The position numbers and the translations under genes are program-made. Below, in pieces: positions 13,468-26,342 of a stretch of DNA of 64,000 bases. This stretch comes from Camelus dromedarius (Eukaryota): assembly GCF_036321535.1 (NCBI RefSeq), contig NC_087436.1, positions 41,728,001-41,792,000 of the forward strand, read 5' to 3'. The notes beneath the pieces were generated by a model. That model ran no database searches and had not been told where the DNA came from. It saw only the letters and a program-made list of their open reading frames with translations. Every line of letters begins with the position of its first letter. Position 1 is the first letter of the stretch.

Positions 13468-14005
13468 GAGAGGTAGTATGTACACTCTATTTTGCTTTTT
13501 AAAGAAAATACTGAAGAATGTAATAAGCCAAACAATACATGTACTTAAAATAAATTCTGTACTTTAACAAAGATTCAACGATTTCTCCAAAAATTATGAA
13601 GATCTTTTATAAGAAAACAACATCCCAGCGTATGAATATAGAAAAAAAGAACTTTGTCAGAAATGAACAATAAAACCAGAAAATTTAAGAATAGAGTTCT
13701 TTCGTTTAGCAACATTAGCAAAGGGTATCTCCAAATGTCTCCCAAATGAAATTTTTAAAATTCACATCAAATTGTCAGCTGTAATAGTTTTATTCTGCAT
13801 TTAGTTGAAGAGTAGGTATATAGCATGCATTTATATATTTAAATATAACTATATAACAAATTTACATATATATTAAATAGAACATATACTTTTATACTAA
13901 CCTATATAATAAATACAAGTATATATGTGCATGTATACACATATATGTAATTTCATATGATAATATCAATTCTGTTATTCAAAATTAAGGTAACGTTAAT
14001 TTTTT

Positions 14006-14135
14006 TATATTATATGTTATTATTTTTAAGTCCTTAAATAAAGATTTATCTATATTATATCTGTTATTATTATATCTGTTTATATTATATTTATATTATA
14101 TCTGTTATTATTTTTAAGTCCTTAAATGAAGATTT
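14006..14135. repeat. Local imperfect tandem duplication with partial internal copies
   Basis: gttattatttttaagtccttaaatRaagattt occurs twice (about 14016-14047 and 14104-14135), with truncated tatattatatctgtt units between. Confidence 0.9.
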
Positions 14136-14332
14136 TTTTCCAATATGCTTAAACAGCAGTATGGACCTCAGATGAACATTACAAGTGATTATGTATCTTG
14201 TTATTAGTCAAGATTCTGGTGCATAGAATAAGCAAAATACTTAAGTAACACTTTCAGAGATGGGAAATGTCCTGTTATGGTGTCCAGCATATCTCAGTAG
14301 CATGAAATGACAACTAATAAATAAAATATATC

Positions 14333-14790
14333 TGTGTTAGTCATCCTAATTATTATTAATTACTATTTAAAAACCCACCTCCAACATCTCAGTGATTTAA
14401 TGTAGTCAGAGTTTATTTCTCACTCACCATGGGGCTTAAAGGCAGTTGGCTTTTGGAAGATTCAACTTCACAGAATTATTCAGAGATCAATGCTCCACCT
14501 TTACGTGGCTTCTTAAAGACCTTGGAATAATCCACTAGATTATCTTTATCTCATCAGTATATGAGGAAAGTTAGAGAATTTGGGAGATTATGTGAGAAAT
14601 TGTACATGTCTGAGAATTAGGCCTGAAACTGATGTCCACCACTTCTACTAAAGATGCACCAGCCACAGTTCCCAACCAGAAGTAGAAGGCCTGAGAAATG
14701 AGTCTAGCAGAGTGTCAAGGAGGATGAAACCACAGCTATTTGTCCAAAAACTAACCAGACATCTTAGCAGTATCCTAGAATGCAGGGAGC
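14333..14790 (-). mobile_element. Old ERVL/MaLR LTR (LTR33- or MLT1-like)
   Basis: tgtgttagtca...catctcagtgatttaa...agtttatttctcactcac...ggcctgagaaatgagtctagc. Confidence 0.6.
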
Positions 14791-15190
14791 AGAAAAATAG
14801 AAAGTGCAATGTTAGCACATGTGAGAAAGAGATTCACGCTAGGATCACTTACCCTCACATTCTCTGTACCAACGAATTTCAAGTTACTTCCCCTCTGATA
14901 ACATTCCAATTTCATACATTGCTTCCCCTTTCTTCCTTTTATGGCTTCCATAGAACATAGAGAAAAACTCTGAGACCGAAACTGCTCATTTGTCATAGAG
15001 TCTGTAGACTGAAAAACCAACTCAGGGCTTCTTTTGTTGTGTTGTCACTCTGGCTCACGTGGTTGCTCTAGCTTGGTAAGATTATCAGACTCTAAGTTAG
15101 AGTAAAACAATAAAGGATAAATAATGGATATATATATTTTAAATCTAACTCAGTATGTTTATAAAAACATGCTTATAAAAGATATATGGA

Positions 15191-15332
15191 GCTGGGAGTG
15201 TATAGCTCAAGTGGTAAAATGCATGCCTAGCATGCACAGGGTCCTGGGTTCAATCCCCAGTACTTACAGGAAAAAAATAAATAAATAAGTAAACCTAATT
15301 ATCTCCCCTTGCAAAAAAAACAAAAAATGGGG
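15191..15332 (+). mobile_element. Camelid tRNA-derived SINE (Vic-1 type), full length with TSD
   Basis: Pol III A box tagctcaagtgg and B box ggttcaatcc; body gcatgcctagcatgcacagggtcc; tail aaataaataaataagtaaacctaattatctcccc plus poly-A; TSD aaaagatatatgga (15177-15190) / aaaagataatatgga (15333-15347). Confidence 0.9.
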
Positions 15333-16589
15333 AAAAGATAATATGGAAATCAGAAAATCGTGTATAGTTCCAAAAACAAAACTCTTAAAATAATTCCACA
15401 AATAAAGTTTATTATTTTGTTTTGTTTGTTTTTGTTTAAAAACTATGACTAGCTCTTACATTAACATCTTGTGAAAGCCAAAGGGGTGTCATCTATGTTT
15501 ATGCATTTGTTCTCAAAACTTATTCATATTTGGTTAAAAGTTTAGAAAGCAAATATTTAAAACATTGTAAAATGAGAGACACTTTAGCATCACAGATTAA
15601 ATTGATTAGAAAAAAGTCAGTAGTCTGTGGTCTACTTAATTTTGATTTATCAATGAAGAAAACAAATTATTTTACCTTTGAAGTAGTATAGCTATGGAAA
15701 AATCATTTAAAAACTGCCTCTTTTACATTTATTTATGATATAAAGTATAAAAACACTTTATGCAAAATAAATTTTAATAGAATTTGTGTTTCACATCATT
15801 TGCTTATTGTATGCAGCAATGTGAAAATTAGAGTAGCAGTTTGACAGGCAGAGGGAGAAAGCGTTTAAATAAGGACAGCATATATAGGAAACAGGAAATT
15901 CATGACTAAGAACAAAAGAGGAAGTGGTCATGTATATAAACCTGTACAAAACGACTGAGTGTCAACAGACCTTTGAACAGTGGGCAATTAACATTCAAAA
16001 GATAATTTTAAGATTTTTTTCAAGTTTTCTTCTGTGATAATAAAATTGCATTGTTTTAAAATGATTAAATATACTCATTGCACATCAGGCAAAGAAGCTG
16101 AAATATTTTGTTTTCTTGTTAACTATTTGACTATAACACTAAATTACAGCAACTTGAAAATTATCTATGTTCCAGAGGGAGTCATTGCTTTTGGGTTTCA
16201 TTTATAGTCAGAAGAAATTAAACTTACCAGGTCTAGCTTATAAAGCTACAAGATAATTCAACTCATTTCAAGAACGTAAGTTAGTGAAAGTAGTTGATGT
16301 TAAGATTGAATTTTGAATTCTTGAAAAAAGTTATTCCAGCAAATTAATTTATATTTATATTGGAATTATAGGGATATGTCTTTGGATGTTAACTGTGCCC
16401 TATATAATATTTTCTTATGTGTTTTTATAACTCTGCCTTAGCAGGAATCAGAGTAAAGGTCAATTCTCATATTCAAACCAGAACAAGGTTAGTTAGTTGT
16501 TTGTTTGTTTCTGAGAAACATGTTACTGGATTAAAAATATAAAGGAACTCTGTACATGATTTTTTTGTATGAAAATAAATATTTTGTAT

Positions 16590-17087
16590 TGACCAAGAGA
16601 GCCTTAACATTCCCAACATGAATGAACTTTGGCTAGTATTCTTCCTGACTATAGTCCCCTGACCTCCCTTTTCTTAGAGCATTTACTTTAGAAAACTTGC
16701 CATGGAAAATTCTTCCTCTGTCCCATGAAATATAAATCTTCCACAACCCAAAGATGTCTTTCTCAAAGACCTGGAAATCATCCCTTAGAAATGTAATCAT
16801 CAAGAAAATAGGGCTGCTATCTTCCAGTCTTTGTGGGAGGGTAAAACTTTAACTTTGTTAAGACAATTGGCAAACAACAGATGACCTAATCACATGGACC
16901 AACCTCCAGACCTAATGTCCTCCAGTACTTTTCCATTAGCTCACACAATTCTTTAAAAATCCTCTTGCCTTTTTTCAGTGGCGTTGAGTATAATCTCTCT
17001 CCCCATTACAGTAGTCTTGACCTTTATTGCAATAGTCTTGAATAAACTCTCCCTTGCCTGTTTTACTTGTGCAGTTTTTCTTTGACA
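16590..17087 (+). mobile_element. ERV1 solo LTR, MER67/MER31-like
   Basis: TG...CA ends; diagnostic ctgacctcccttttcttagagcatttactttagaaaacttgc and gaaatgtaatcatcaag; AATAAA at 17041; ends tttttctttgaca. Confidence 0.85.
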
Positions 17088-18189
17088 GTTCATATACTAT
17101 CTTCAAAAATAGTTCAGTAGTAATTCATTATTCCCAAATGTCCTTCCTGCTATTTTCCCTCCCAGAATTAAAATATACCAATCCACCATGTCAAGACTTG
17201 TTTTCCAAAAAAGAATTGGGCCAACAGGGAAATAAATATCAATATCAGGCAACTGTCATAGTTTGTTTTCAACCTATTCTAAAAAATAATAACTTAAGAT
17301 AACTTGCTTTTGTATGTGTTTTTGAAAGTCTCGTACTTAAATTACTATTTATTAAAGCCTTACTTTTAACACCACTATTGGCAAAAATCTCTCAGGAATG
17401 TTGAAATTATGTATTAATAGTAGAAAAACTAAAATTAGAAATATATATAGTACTTAAGCAGTAAAATGTTATTTAAGTGAAGAAGAGAAAAACAGCTTTA
17501 CATAGTGTCAGAAATTAAAAATCAAGATAAGATAAAGTATAAGTGACTTGGCTGATTGTTTAAAATACAGATAACACCAACAATATTTGAAGAAGCACCT
17601 AGCATGCAGCTTGCTGGTGAGAAGCTCAGAGCCACCTGATAGGATCGATGTAACTGAGTAATTCTTTCCCCAGTTTTACATAAACTTTTATTTTAAACAA
17701 GTCTAGACAAGTTCTTTTTCCCATAACTTTCTAAGTTTCTAGAAACACGAGAAGGCAATTCAAGTGTGAGATAAGAGAGTACTAAAAAGTGAAGGTTTTA
17801 GTAAATTAGGCATTGACTTTGCTTAATTATAAAGGATTTCAAAAGGAAAAGGAAATAAAATAACCATAAAGTCAATGGCTACTTAATTAAAAAATGCTAG
17901 AAGAGTTTTAACTCTTTGTATATAGTGAGTCTTTTCTCAGGATTACACATGATGAAAGCAGTAAGAGATCATTGTTCTGGGCCGCTAAGTATTGATTGCC
18001 AAGTATTAACTGATTGACTAAGGGAGCTGTTTCAGGGTGACAGGAAAGAGGCAAAGAATAAGTAGGCTATTAACAGACATTCTCTGGGGCAAACATCATT
18101 CTAGGCAAATTCAACCTAAATCAGAAAAATGTGCAACCCCAAGGAAACCAGCAAGAAAAAAACATATCAAAACAAAGTACTCAGACATT

Positions 18190-18720
18190 ACCAGTTAAGG
18201 AGAATGAATGGACTACTACTATGAACAATGATGTGATGGAGCTCACAAGTGTAATATTGAGACACACAAACTCAGAAAAGTTTATCTGATTCTGAACAGA
18301 TACACAGCCATATTTTCAGCAAAAAACACCACAAGAATGTTTACAGCAACACAACTAATAAGAATCAAAATCTGGCATCAACCATATATCCATCAACATT
18401 AGAATACATAAACAAATTGTGTTACAGTTATGCAAGAAAAGTCTTCATAATAATGAGAAAATGAATAAACTACTGCTAGATACATAATATCAAGTGAAAG
18501 AAGCCAGACACCAAAGAGCATTTTGCTGCATGATTCTATATATATAGTTCAAAAAGGGTAGAAAAGTGTACAAGAGGTAACTTCTGTATTGCTGATACTG
18601 TTTTCTTTCTTGGTCTGTGTACTGGTTATGTGAGTAGGATTTACTTCCTAAAAATCTGTAAAACTGAATTCTGATGATGTATACACTTTTATGTTTATTT
18701 TTTGTTTTGAGTTTACTTTA
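18190..18720 (+). mobile_element. Old L1 (L1ME-like) 3' region
   Basis: caagaatgtttacagca...tatccatcaaca...aagtgaaagaagccagacaccaaagag...tgcatgattctatatatatagttcaaaaa. Confidence 0.7.
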
Positions 18721-19174
18721 AAATACCCTTCCTTTTTAGTATAATTTTAACTTGTAAAGAGATGTCTTTTCACAAAGCCAAATATGTGTTAAAAAATAGG
18801 TTTAAAAATACTAATTAATTCAATGGACAACTTTTGTGGTTAGAGAAAAATTATAGTTCATTTTGCTATTGTAATTTATTTAAGATGACCACAAAATAAA
18901 TACAGACAAAGAAATGGTTATAATATTTGTTTTATAATTTATTAGAAAAATGTCTAAGAAATTTTTGAGGTTGTTCCTTTAGTGACATAATTTGTATTCT
19001 GTTACTGAATACTGTATTTAAAGATCCAAATTATTGACTTGTATCTTGCAGTGCAATAAAAATTACAAGTATTATCTAATTTCTCTTCACATCATCTCTG
19101 GACCATATATTGAAGTAAGTGTTGAGGCAAGTATTGTAACTAGGTTCTGCCTGACACTGAAATCAATGCTGTAG

Positions 19175-19300
19175 GTGTACTGGACTGTAAATTCCCTGAA
19201 GGTGAATACGCATCTTACCCAATATTTTAACTGCATCTAATCCTTACTTGGTTCATAATAGATAATGTGTATTTACTAAAAGCCTACTAAAAGAACGAAT
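19175..19300 (+). mobile_element. L2 3' tail fragment
   Basis: ctggactgtaaattccctgaaggt...cttggttcataatag. Confidence 0.55.
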
Positions 19301-19306
19301 GTGCTA

Positions 19307-19619
19307 TATATCAAGCTATATATAGTGAATATAACAAAAAAAGAAGCAGACTCAGATACAGAGAACAACTTAGTGGTTACCAGTGGGGAGAGCGAAGAGG
19401 CAGGTAAGGGTAATATAGGGATGAGAGTAAGAGGTACAAACTATTCTGTGTAAAATAAGCTACAAGGATATATTGTACAACACAGAGACTATGACCAGTA
19501 TTTTATAATAACTATAAATGGCACATAAACTTTAAAAAGTATAGATCGCTATATTGTACATCTGTAACTTATATAATATTATATATCAATTCTAATTCAA
19601 TTTTTTTTTAAATGGAGGA
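19307..19619 (+). mobile_element. 5'-truncated cetartiodactyl-type L1 (3'UTR only) with TSD
   Basis: gaagcagactcagatacagagaacaacttagtggttaccagtggggag...aagctacaaggatatattgtacaacacag; 18-bp TSD aaaagaacgaatgtgcta (19289-19306) / aaaagagtgaatgtgcta (19620-19637). Confidence 0.9.
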
Positions 19620-19993
19620 AAAAGAGTGAATGTGCTAAGTGATGAAAAACGTGACAGATTTTGGGGAATCCTTTTACATGAGGATATAAAGTTATTGGAC
19701 CTCCAGTATTTCCAAATAAAAGAGTTTCGACAGTCTTAGGTGAGAGATGATTGTTTATTCTACCAGAAGTTGCATCATCAGTGATGATAAGGTTAGAAAC
19801 GATTAAGGTTTACAAAGACCTTCTGTTTAGGAAGAATATTGAGGACTCCAGCCAGTAAACATTAGTGCTGGTTAATTTCACTTCTCAGCGTAGTCATAGT
19901 TTTCACAGTTTTACCATCCTCTTTATTGAGCCTATTGAGAGATGCAACATTAATTAATTTTCTATGCAATGCCACTTGTTAGTTTATGTTCTT

Positions 19994-19996
<3 letters not shown>

Positions 19997-20034
<38 letters not shown>

Positions 20035-20045
20035 TATATACATAT
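19997..20045. repeat. (TA)n(CA)n microsatellite
   Basis: Direct reading of the sequence. Confidence 0.95.
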
Positions 20046-21574
20046 AATATGGCCATCTATCTATATAGCTATAGATATATATGGAGAGAGATTTGTTTGA
20101 ATGGAAGTCAATATTTTCATTTCCCTCCTTTAAAACAAAGGGTGAATTTCTAGTTTTATAGTGCAAAGACATATCATAAGACATTGAATACACCTTAAGC
20201 ATTTTGTTTTACCTAGAAAATAGAGCAGGAAATTCATTGATATTTTCTTGAAGTCAAATTGTTCTAACGGCATGGAACTGCATTTCTAGAAATATGAGCT
20301 ATAATTATTTTACCTTTATAAATATATTAATGTCAACAACTTGTGAGAAAATGGTGTAGAAGTTCTAAGTGTTATTTGCATTTGAGAGTTTTCTAAAACT
20401 GTTAGGACAGTTTATGAGTAATGGTGGAAATCCTGCAGTGCCTTGAGCCATCACTCTGTTGTCATCCAAAGTACAGTTCAGGTGTCTCACTAATGCAGAA
20501 TATCATGACCACCAGCTGCTGGGTATTTTCATCTGCACTGAGAGGACCTGGGCTTCATTGTAATAGATTCTGAACAACATGTTCTCAAGGTGAATTTTGC
20601 CTTGCAGAATCTGTGTTCTAAATTCTTATCTGCAAGTGAAATGTTGATGCCATCTTCTGTGGCTGAACATTTCTCTGCATATATGAAATAAATAGAAAAC
20701 TTTCTGAGTTCCTTTGTTTTGTCTTATAATACTCTGTAAACAACATGCAATTGGAAACTACACCTTTGAATAAAGAGGTATCTAGTGATGCAGTGTCACA
20801 TGCTAGTTTATTTTCTTGGGTGAAGTCACTTTTGTTTTAGTCAAGAGATGCCAGTAAGTACTCCAGTTTGAAATAGCATATGATTAGTGGCATATGATTG
20901 AAGCTTTTTCATCTCCCCATGAAAACACAGAAAGACCAAAAAAAAAAAAAATCAGAATGCTTCAAAATATTTTGTTTTCTGTCAACTCACTTTTTGTCAG
21001 AAATAATATTTAGCTTTACTGTGAGAGTGTGATGATTTGAATCACCCAATAAAGGTATTTTGCAGAATGGAGCCATGAATGTTCTAGTTAACAAAATTGT
21101 ATAGGGCTCTGAGGCAGTTACAGGCAGAAGATAAATCACTCTAAATATTTTCTATGGAAAGAATTAACATAGTCCACATATTTGGGCCACAGGTCTTTGC
21201 ATTTCTTTGTTATCTCTGTAGTGTAGTGATATCCAGTAGGGACCTGAAAATATCAATAATAAATACTTTACTGTTCGGAATTTTTTATGACCAGTGGAGC
21301 TGTTTTCTGTTTTTCTCCGAAGACTTCAGGTTTAAACTCCCACAAGCAGTTTGAGAAATTACATCCTCCTCCAGTTCAGATTGAAAATGCCAAGAGACTG
21401 TATCAGTTGTCAACTGAAAACAGCAGCATTTCTTTTTTCTCAGGTCAGTCAGAGTTCATGAATGATATCTGAAAAATGCAAATCAGTGAGAATGGAGTTA
21501 AGAAAAATGTGTAAAAATGGATGTCTGTCTTTACAATGTGGGCATCTCTCTGCTGGCCTCAGCACCATTCAGAG

Positions 21575-21820
21575 GGAGTATCCTGCAGTGGCTGAGAATA
21601 CAAGTTTTAGAGGTAGTGCGTCTATGTTCAAATCTTGAATCTCTTTCCAATTGATGAGTTATTTAATTTGTAATCCTCAATTTTATTATATATATATACA
21701 TATATAAAATAAGAATATTTAAAATTTCCACCAAGTAAGAAATAAATGGAATAATTGGTTTAAAGCATTTAGTTGAATGTGCATAGTAAGCACACAATAA
21801 TTATTAGCTGTTATTATTAA
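21575..21820 (+). mobile_element. MIR
   Basis: gcagtggctgagaatacaag...gttcaaatcttg...gcatagtaagcacacaataattattagctgttatta. Confidence 0.75.
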
Positions 21821-22984
21821 TATTAGTAATAATAGAATCACAACAAAACTCTAATTTATAATATTGAATTTATTTAGGGTTTTACAGAAATTTTCAGTTG
21901 TAATTTTATAAAAATTCTATATCAGATGGCTTTTCACCCCTCTGTTATGTTTCTCAACCCTTGGACCTTACTCTTCAACTAAGACACATTTCAAGTGTTA
22001 TCATACTTAAAAGATTATTTTTGTTTGTAGCAAAAAATACAAAATAGATCTTTCACTAAATCAAAATTCTATGATACGAAATCTGAATTGAACATAATTT
22101 TTTTCTTTCTCTGGAATTTGGAGGTGGTAAGTTATCATAAATTCTCAAAGGAAGACTAACCCCAAACATAAATTTGTTCTGCTTGAGTCTTGTCCCAGGC
22201 ATCATAAATTCAATATCTTCTAATTGTTTGCACAGAGGACACACGCAGTTTTTCATTTTCCCTGAGACAATTTACCTCATACTTAAAAAAGAAGCATAAT
22301 ACCAATCCCTAAGACCCAGGCAGATGGAAAACCATTCTCCCTATAGGTTATATGGGAGGGAAGACAGAAGAGCACGAGCAGTAGATAGGAAAGCAGTTTT
22401 TATGCCTCTATGCTTGGGGGAAAGTGTATGAAATTTCTATTTTGTTGGAAGGATGCAATTATGCCTCTCATATTCTTTGAAGAATAAAATATGAATTAAA
22501 CATCGGGTGTTTTACAAATCCTGATATATGTAGTTAATACACTAATAGCAGAGGATGTTGTTCTCACTCCTCCTCTATTTCAGATTCTGGCATTCTCTAG
22601 TCCAAAAGATAGCTCAGCTAGCTTTCATATGAATTTCCATGGAAGCATTTAAAACAAAAACCTATCTGCACATCACCATAAATCTGCTTTCAAGAAAGCA
22701 GCAAGGCTTCAGAAAAATTTGCTTATTCACTCCTCTATCTTTGTAAAGCATCATCTTTCATGACAATACTGTTTATCCATTATTTAAAAACATATATACT
22801 ACATATTATTTCTCCAAAAAAAAAAAAAAAAGGATAAAGAGGGGAAAGCAAGAAGGAGAAAGGCCAGGCAAAACTGAAGAAATATTTTCTTATTTGCCTT
22901 TAGTTAAATATTATTAACTAAATTAAATGATGTTAAAATAGCTAATGTAGCCTATTTTAAGGTGGAAATTAATAACATTGAAAG

Positions 22985-23150
22985 ATAGGTTTGCATTATA
23001 CAAGAACTTTGGTCAGAGAAGTCTGATTTGGATTTGTATTCCACTGTGGCAAAGTTATTTTAACTCCCTAAGCTTCAGTTGTTTCATAAGCAAAGCAGAA
23101 TTAATACACACTGCCAAGATATTTTTGTAAAAATTAAATTATACAGAAAG
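22985..23150 (+). mobile_element. MIR fragment
   Basis: aagaactttggtcagaga...ggcaaagttattttaactccctaagcttcagtt. Confidence 0.6.
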
Positions 23151-23799
23151 TGAAAATTATATTGTAGATGGCCAGTGAACTGTAGCTGTAATCTATAGTT
23201 CTATAGTTACAGGCTTTATCTTAGTTTCAATGTGTTTTTAAAAACACAGAATGCTTTCTTATTAAATTTTCATGCTCCCCTGAAAGATTGATTACCAAAA
23301 TAGTTTACTATTACAGTTGTATTTGTTACTAAAAAGTGAAACTGAGAATTTCTGTTTTTATAACTCCCATCTTCCATTTAGATACAATAACTTTATAAAT
23401 GGTTTATTATTATTTACATAACCCAGGGATTTCTTATGCATCTCTTTCTTGCTATTTCACTGATTGTGACACTAAAACACAGAAATGTGATATTTTGTTT
23501 TGAGAGTTTTATTTTCTTCTGCCTAAATCATTCCCAGATCTCAAGTTAAATGAGCAAAAAGAAGTATTTACTTGTATGACTCACTAGAAAGCTATTGAAT
23601 AAAGATAGTAATATACCATTGATTTGAAAATATACGATGATAAGTGTTTTAGGCAGAGGTCTGTGAGGGAATTAAAAATGAAAATAATTCTCAGATAAGC
23701 CCAAAGTCAAACTATTGAATTCATACAACAATTGATATAGATCTCAAAGTTACAATGCTCAGTTGGTTTACTTGAAGCTAATCTGCAAAGTTCACATAC

Positions 23800-24150
23800 T
23801 GTAGAGAGAAGAAAACAGATTCATGATTGCCAAGGGTTAGGTAGAGAGGGTTAGAAGGGATGTCTGTGATTACACAGAAGGAACACAAACGATATTTATG
23901 GTGATGAGGTAATTCTGTGCCTCATAATATATGAATATTATGAATATTTGTGTACGCATGTGATAAAATTGCATAGAACTATGTACACACACATTTCACC
24001 AATGCCAATATCCTGGTTTTGATGTACTATGGTTACATAAGATGTAACCAGTGAGGGAAATTGTGAGTGTATGTTTACAGGAACCTCTCTCTACTTTCGC
24101 TACAACTTCCTACTAATCTATAATTTTCTAAAAATAAAAAATTTAGAAAA
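23800..24150 (+). mobile_element. L1MD-like 3'UTR
   Basis: aacagattcatgattgccaagggttagg...catgtgataaaattgcatagaacta...caatatcctggttttgat...caacttcc...aatctataatt...aaaataaaaa. Confidence 0.8.
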
Positions 24151-24469
24151 ATGTTCTTCTCCCAAAATACTAAGTTTCTTTCAATTATTTAAATAAAAGT
24201 TTTGAAAATTTTGAAATTTAGTAAAATTTAAAGATATTTTCTTCACTGAAGAATTAATCTCAAACATATGAATATTTTTCTACTTCATAACATGTTGTGA
24301 CTTACTACCTTCCAGTCATAATTTGAAATTGTGAGTTAAGAATCAAGGTTCTATATTTGAATTAAGAAGAAAACACTGGTATTATTCTTATTCATCCTTA
24401 CACCTTTAGTAAAGATTTTGGGGGGTTATATGTTAAATACAAATTTCATAAAAGAAGATACCTGGAAAA

Positions 24470-25070
24470 AAAATCATTGATTTCTTTTTAAGTTTATTTT
24501 GACCTGAGATGATAACTCAGTCATTTTAAATGTACTGAGACTTGTTTTACAGCCAAGTACTTGTAGAAAATATTCATTTTGCATTCATACAGTTTAGTGA
24601 TCTGTAATTACCAGTTGGTCAAGGTGGTTGGTAGTGTTGTTCAGATTACCTATCATTGTTTTATTGATTTATATTCTTTAGTCCAGTTGTTTTCTAAAGT
24701 GATGAAAAAGGAGTTTTAAGTTTTTCAATGTGATTTTTGAATTGTCTATCACTCCCTTTAATTCTGCTGATTTTTGTCTCATGCATTTTCAAAGTCTGTT
24801 ATTAGAAAAAATAATCCTGCAATTATTGTGTCTTCCTAAAGTATGACTCCTCTTTATTTGTGGTAAAAATCTTTTTCTTGAAGTCTATGTTATGTCATAT
24901 TAATATACTCATTACTGATTTTTCATGATTTCCATGTTTATGACAAATCTTTTACCATCTATTTACATTCAACAAATCTTTATGTTTGTATTTAAAGTAC
25001 ATATTTTGAAGATGGCTTGTAATTGAGTCTTTTTATATTCTAAGAATCTCTGACTTTTAATTTGAATATA
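24470..25070 (-). mobile_element. Old L1 ORF2 (endonuclease region) remnant
   Basis: T-rich antisense L1: ttggtcaaggtggttggtagtgttgttcagatt...ttcttgaagtctatgttatgtcatattaatat. Confidence 0.7.
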
Positions 25071-25074
25071 TAGT

Positions 25075-25560
25075 TGCAGAAAACATAATCCATTCAGGAT
25101 TTAAGAAGAAAGCAATCTATTGTGAGGATCAAATGACATAAGGAAGCATTCAAAAACTGGAGAACTTAGTCTGATCTATCAAGAAAGTGTCTGAGACATT
25201 GTGAGGCTGGCTTGGCCAGAAAGCTGACACTGCTGATACACCTTTCACAACCAAGGGCTTTAAATCAGGATGTGGCTACTTAGCAACATTCAGTCTAGGG
25301 ACTCTTTGGACAGTAGAGCCTCTAATACAACTTTCTCAGAAGGAAAATAAAATACTTTTCTCAAAGGTTTCAGAAGAGCTGTGCAGTGGTCACTTTTAAC
25401 CTCTGTGACTCAGAAGACCGTGTGTGCTTAGTGTAAGCTGGGTTATATGCAAAACCTAACGTAAGAAGATTTGTATAATGTATACTTTACATTTCCAGTA
25501 CTCATTTTATAGGAATTCAAGCTAAAGTAAGAGGATGAAAAAGTGTTAAAGAGTCCGTTT
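25075..25560 (-). mobile_element. Old MaLR/ERVL LTR (MLT1-like), degenerate
   Basis: agttgcagaaacataatccattcagg...ctgggttatatgc; pattern of reverse-oriented MLT1K/L-type LTRs. Confidence 0.4.
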
Positions 25561-26199
25561 GCCATATCTCTTTTCTTTGTGAACTGGCCATAATACAAGT
25601 ACCTACCTCTTAGAGTTGTTAAATGATATTAAATGCCCTAATACATGTAACATATATGGTACATTCCTTGACATTGTTGTTGATGGGGTGTTTTTCCTTC
25701 TAGATTCAAGAGATAATACCTTTCTTATTTCTCCTAGGGTTGAATAAAATTTTCACAGGAGATAAATAGTACTCTTAAAACTTTAAAAATACATTATAGC
25801 CTAAAATAAAGATTATATTAAAAAATTTAAGTAGATTAATTGATGGCTTAATTTCTGGGATAGAAACATAACTTATCAACGTAGTTTTTACTATGGGAAC
25901 AGTTTGGTAGAGATTTTCATCTTATTACAGAGATATAAAGAATGAAATATCATTATGAATTTAATACAATACATTCACAATCAAATAGTTAAGAGATACA
26001 GAAAGCAATAAATATTTAGTGTGATTTTTATAATATCACTGTATGATCAAGATGCCCTGGTATAGTTATAGGATGCAGAATGTTCTCATAAAAAAAAAAT
26101 CAGAATTAATTAACCATTTATTTATTAACAAATGTGGTTTTTATTTGAATGGAGGGACTCTCAGTTTTATTTGATACAATGTACTGTTTCTATTTGATG

Positions 26200-26342
26200 T
26201 TGTTGTTTTATTGAAGTATAGTCAGTTTACAATGTATCAATTTCTGGTGCACAGCATAATGTTTCAATCATATATATACATACATATATTCCTTTTCATA
26301 TTCTTTTTCATTATAGGTTACAACAAGATATTGAACATAGTT
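26200..26342 (-). mobile_element. Camelid/cetartiodactyl L1 extreme 3' end
   Basis: ttttattgaagtatagtcagtttacaatg...atttctggtgcacagcataatg...cattataggttacaacaagatattgaacatag. Confidence 0.88.

Noticed and set aside
15191..15265. tRNA-like sequence (Ala-like A/B boxes)
   Set aside because: Followed by a SINE-specific tail and poly-A and flanked by a TSD, so it is a SINE head rather than a tRNA gene.
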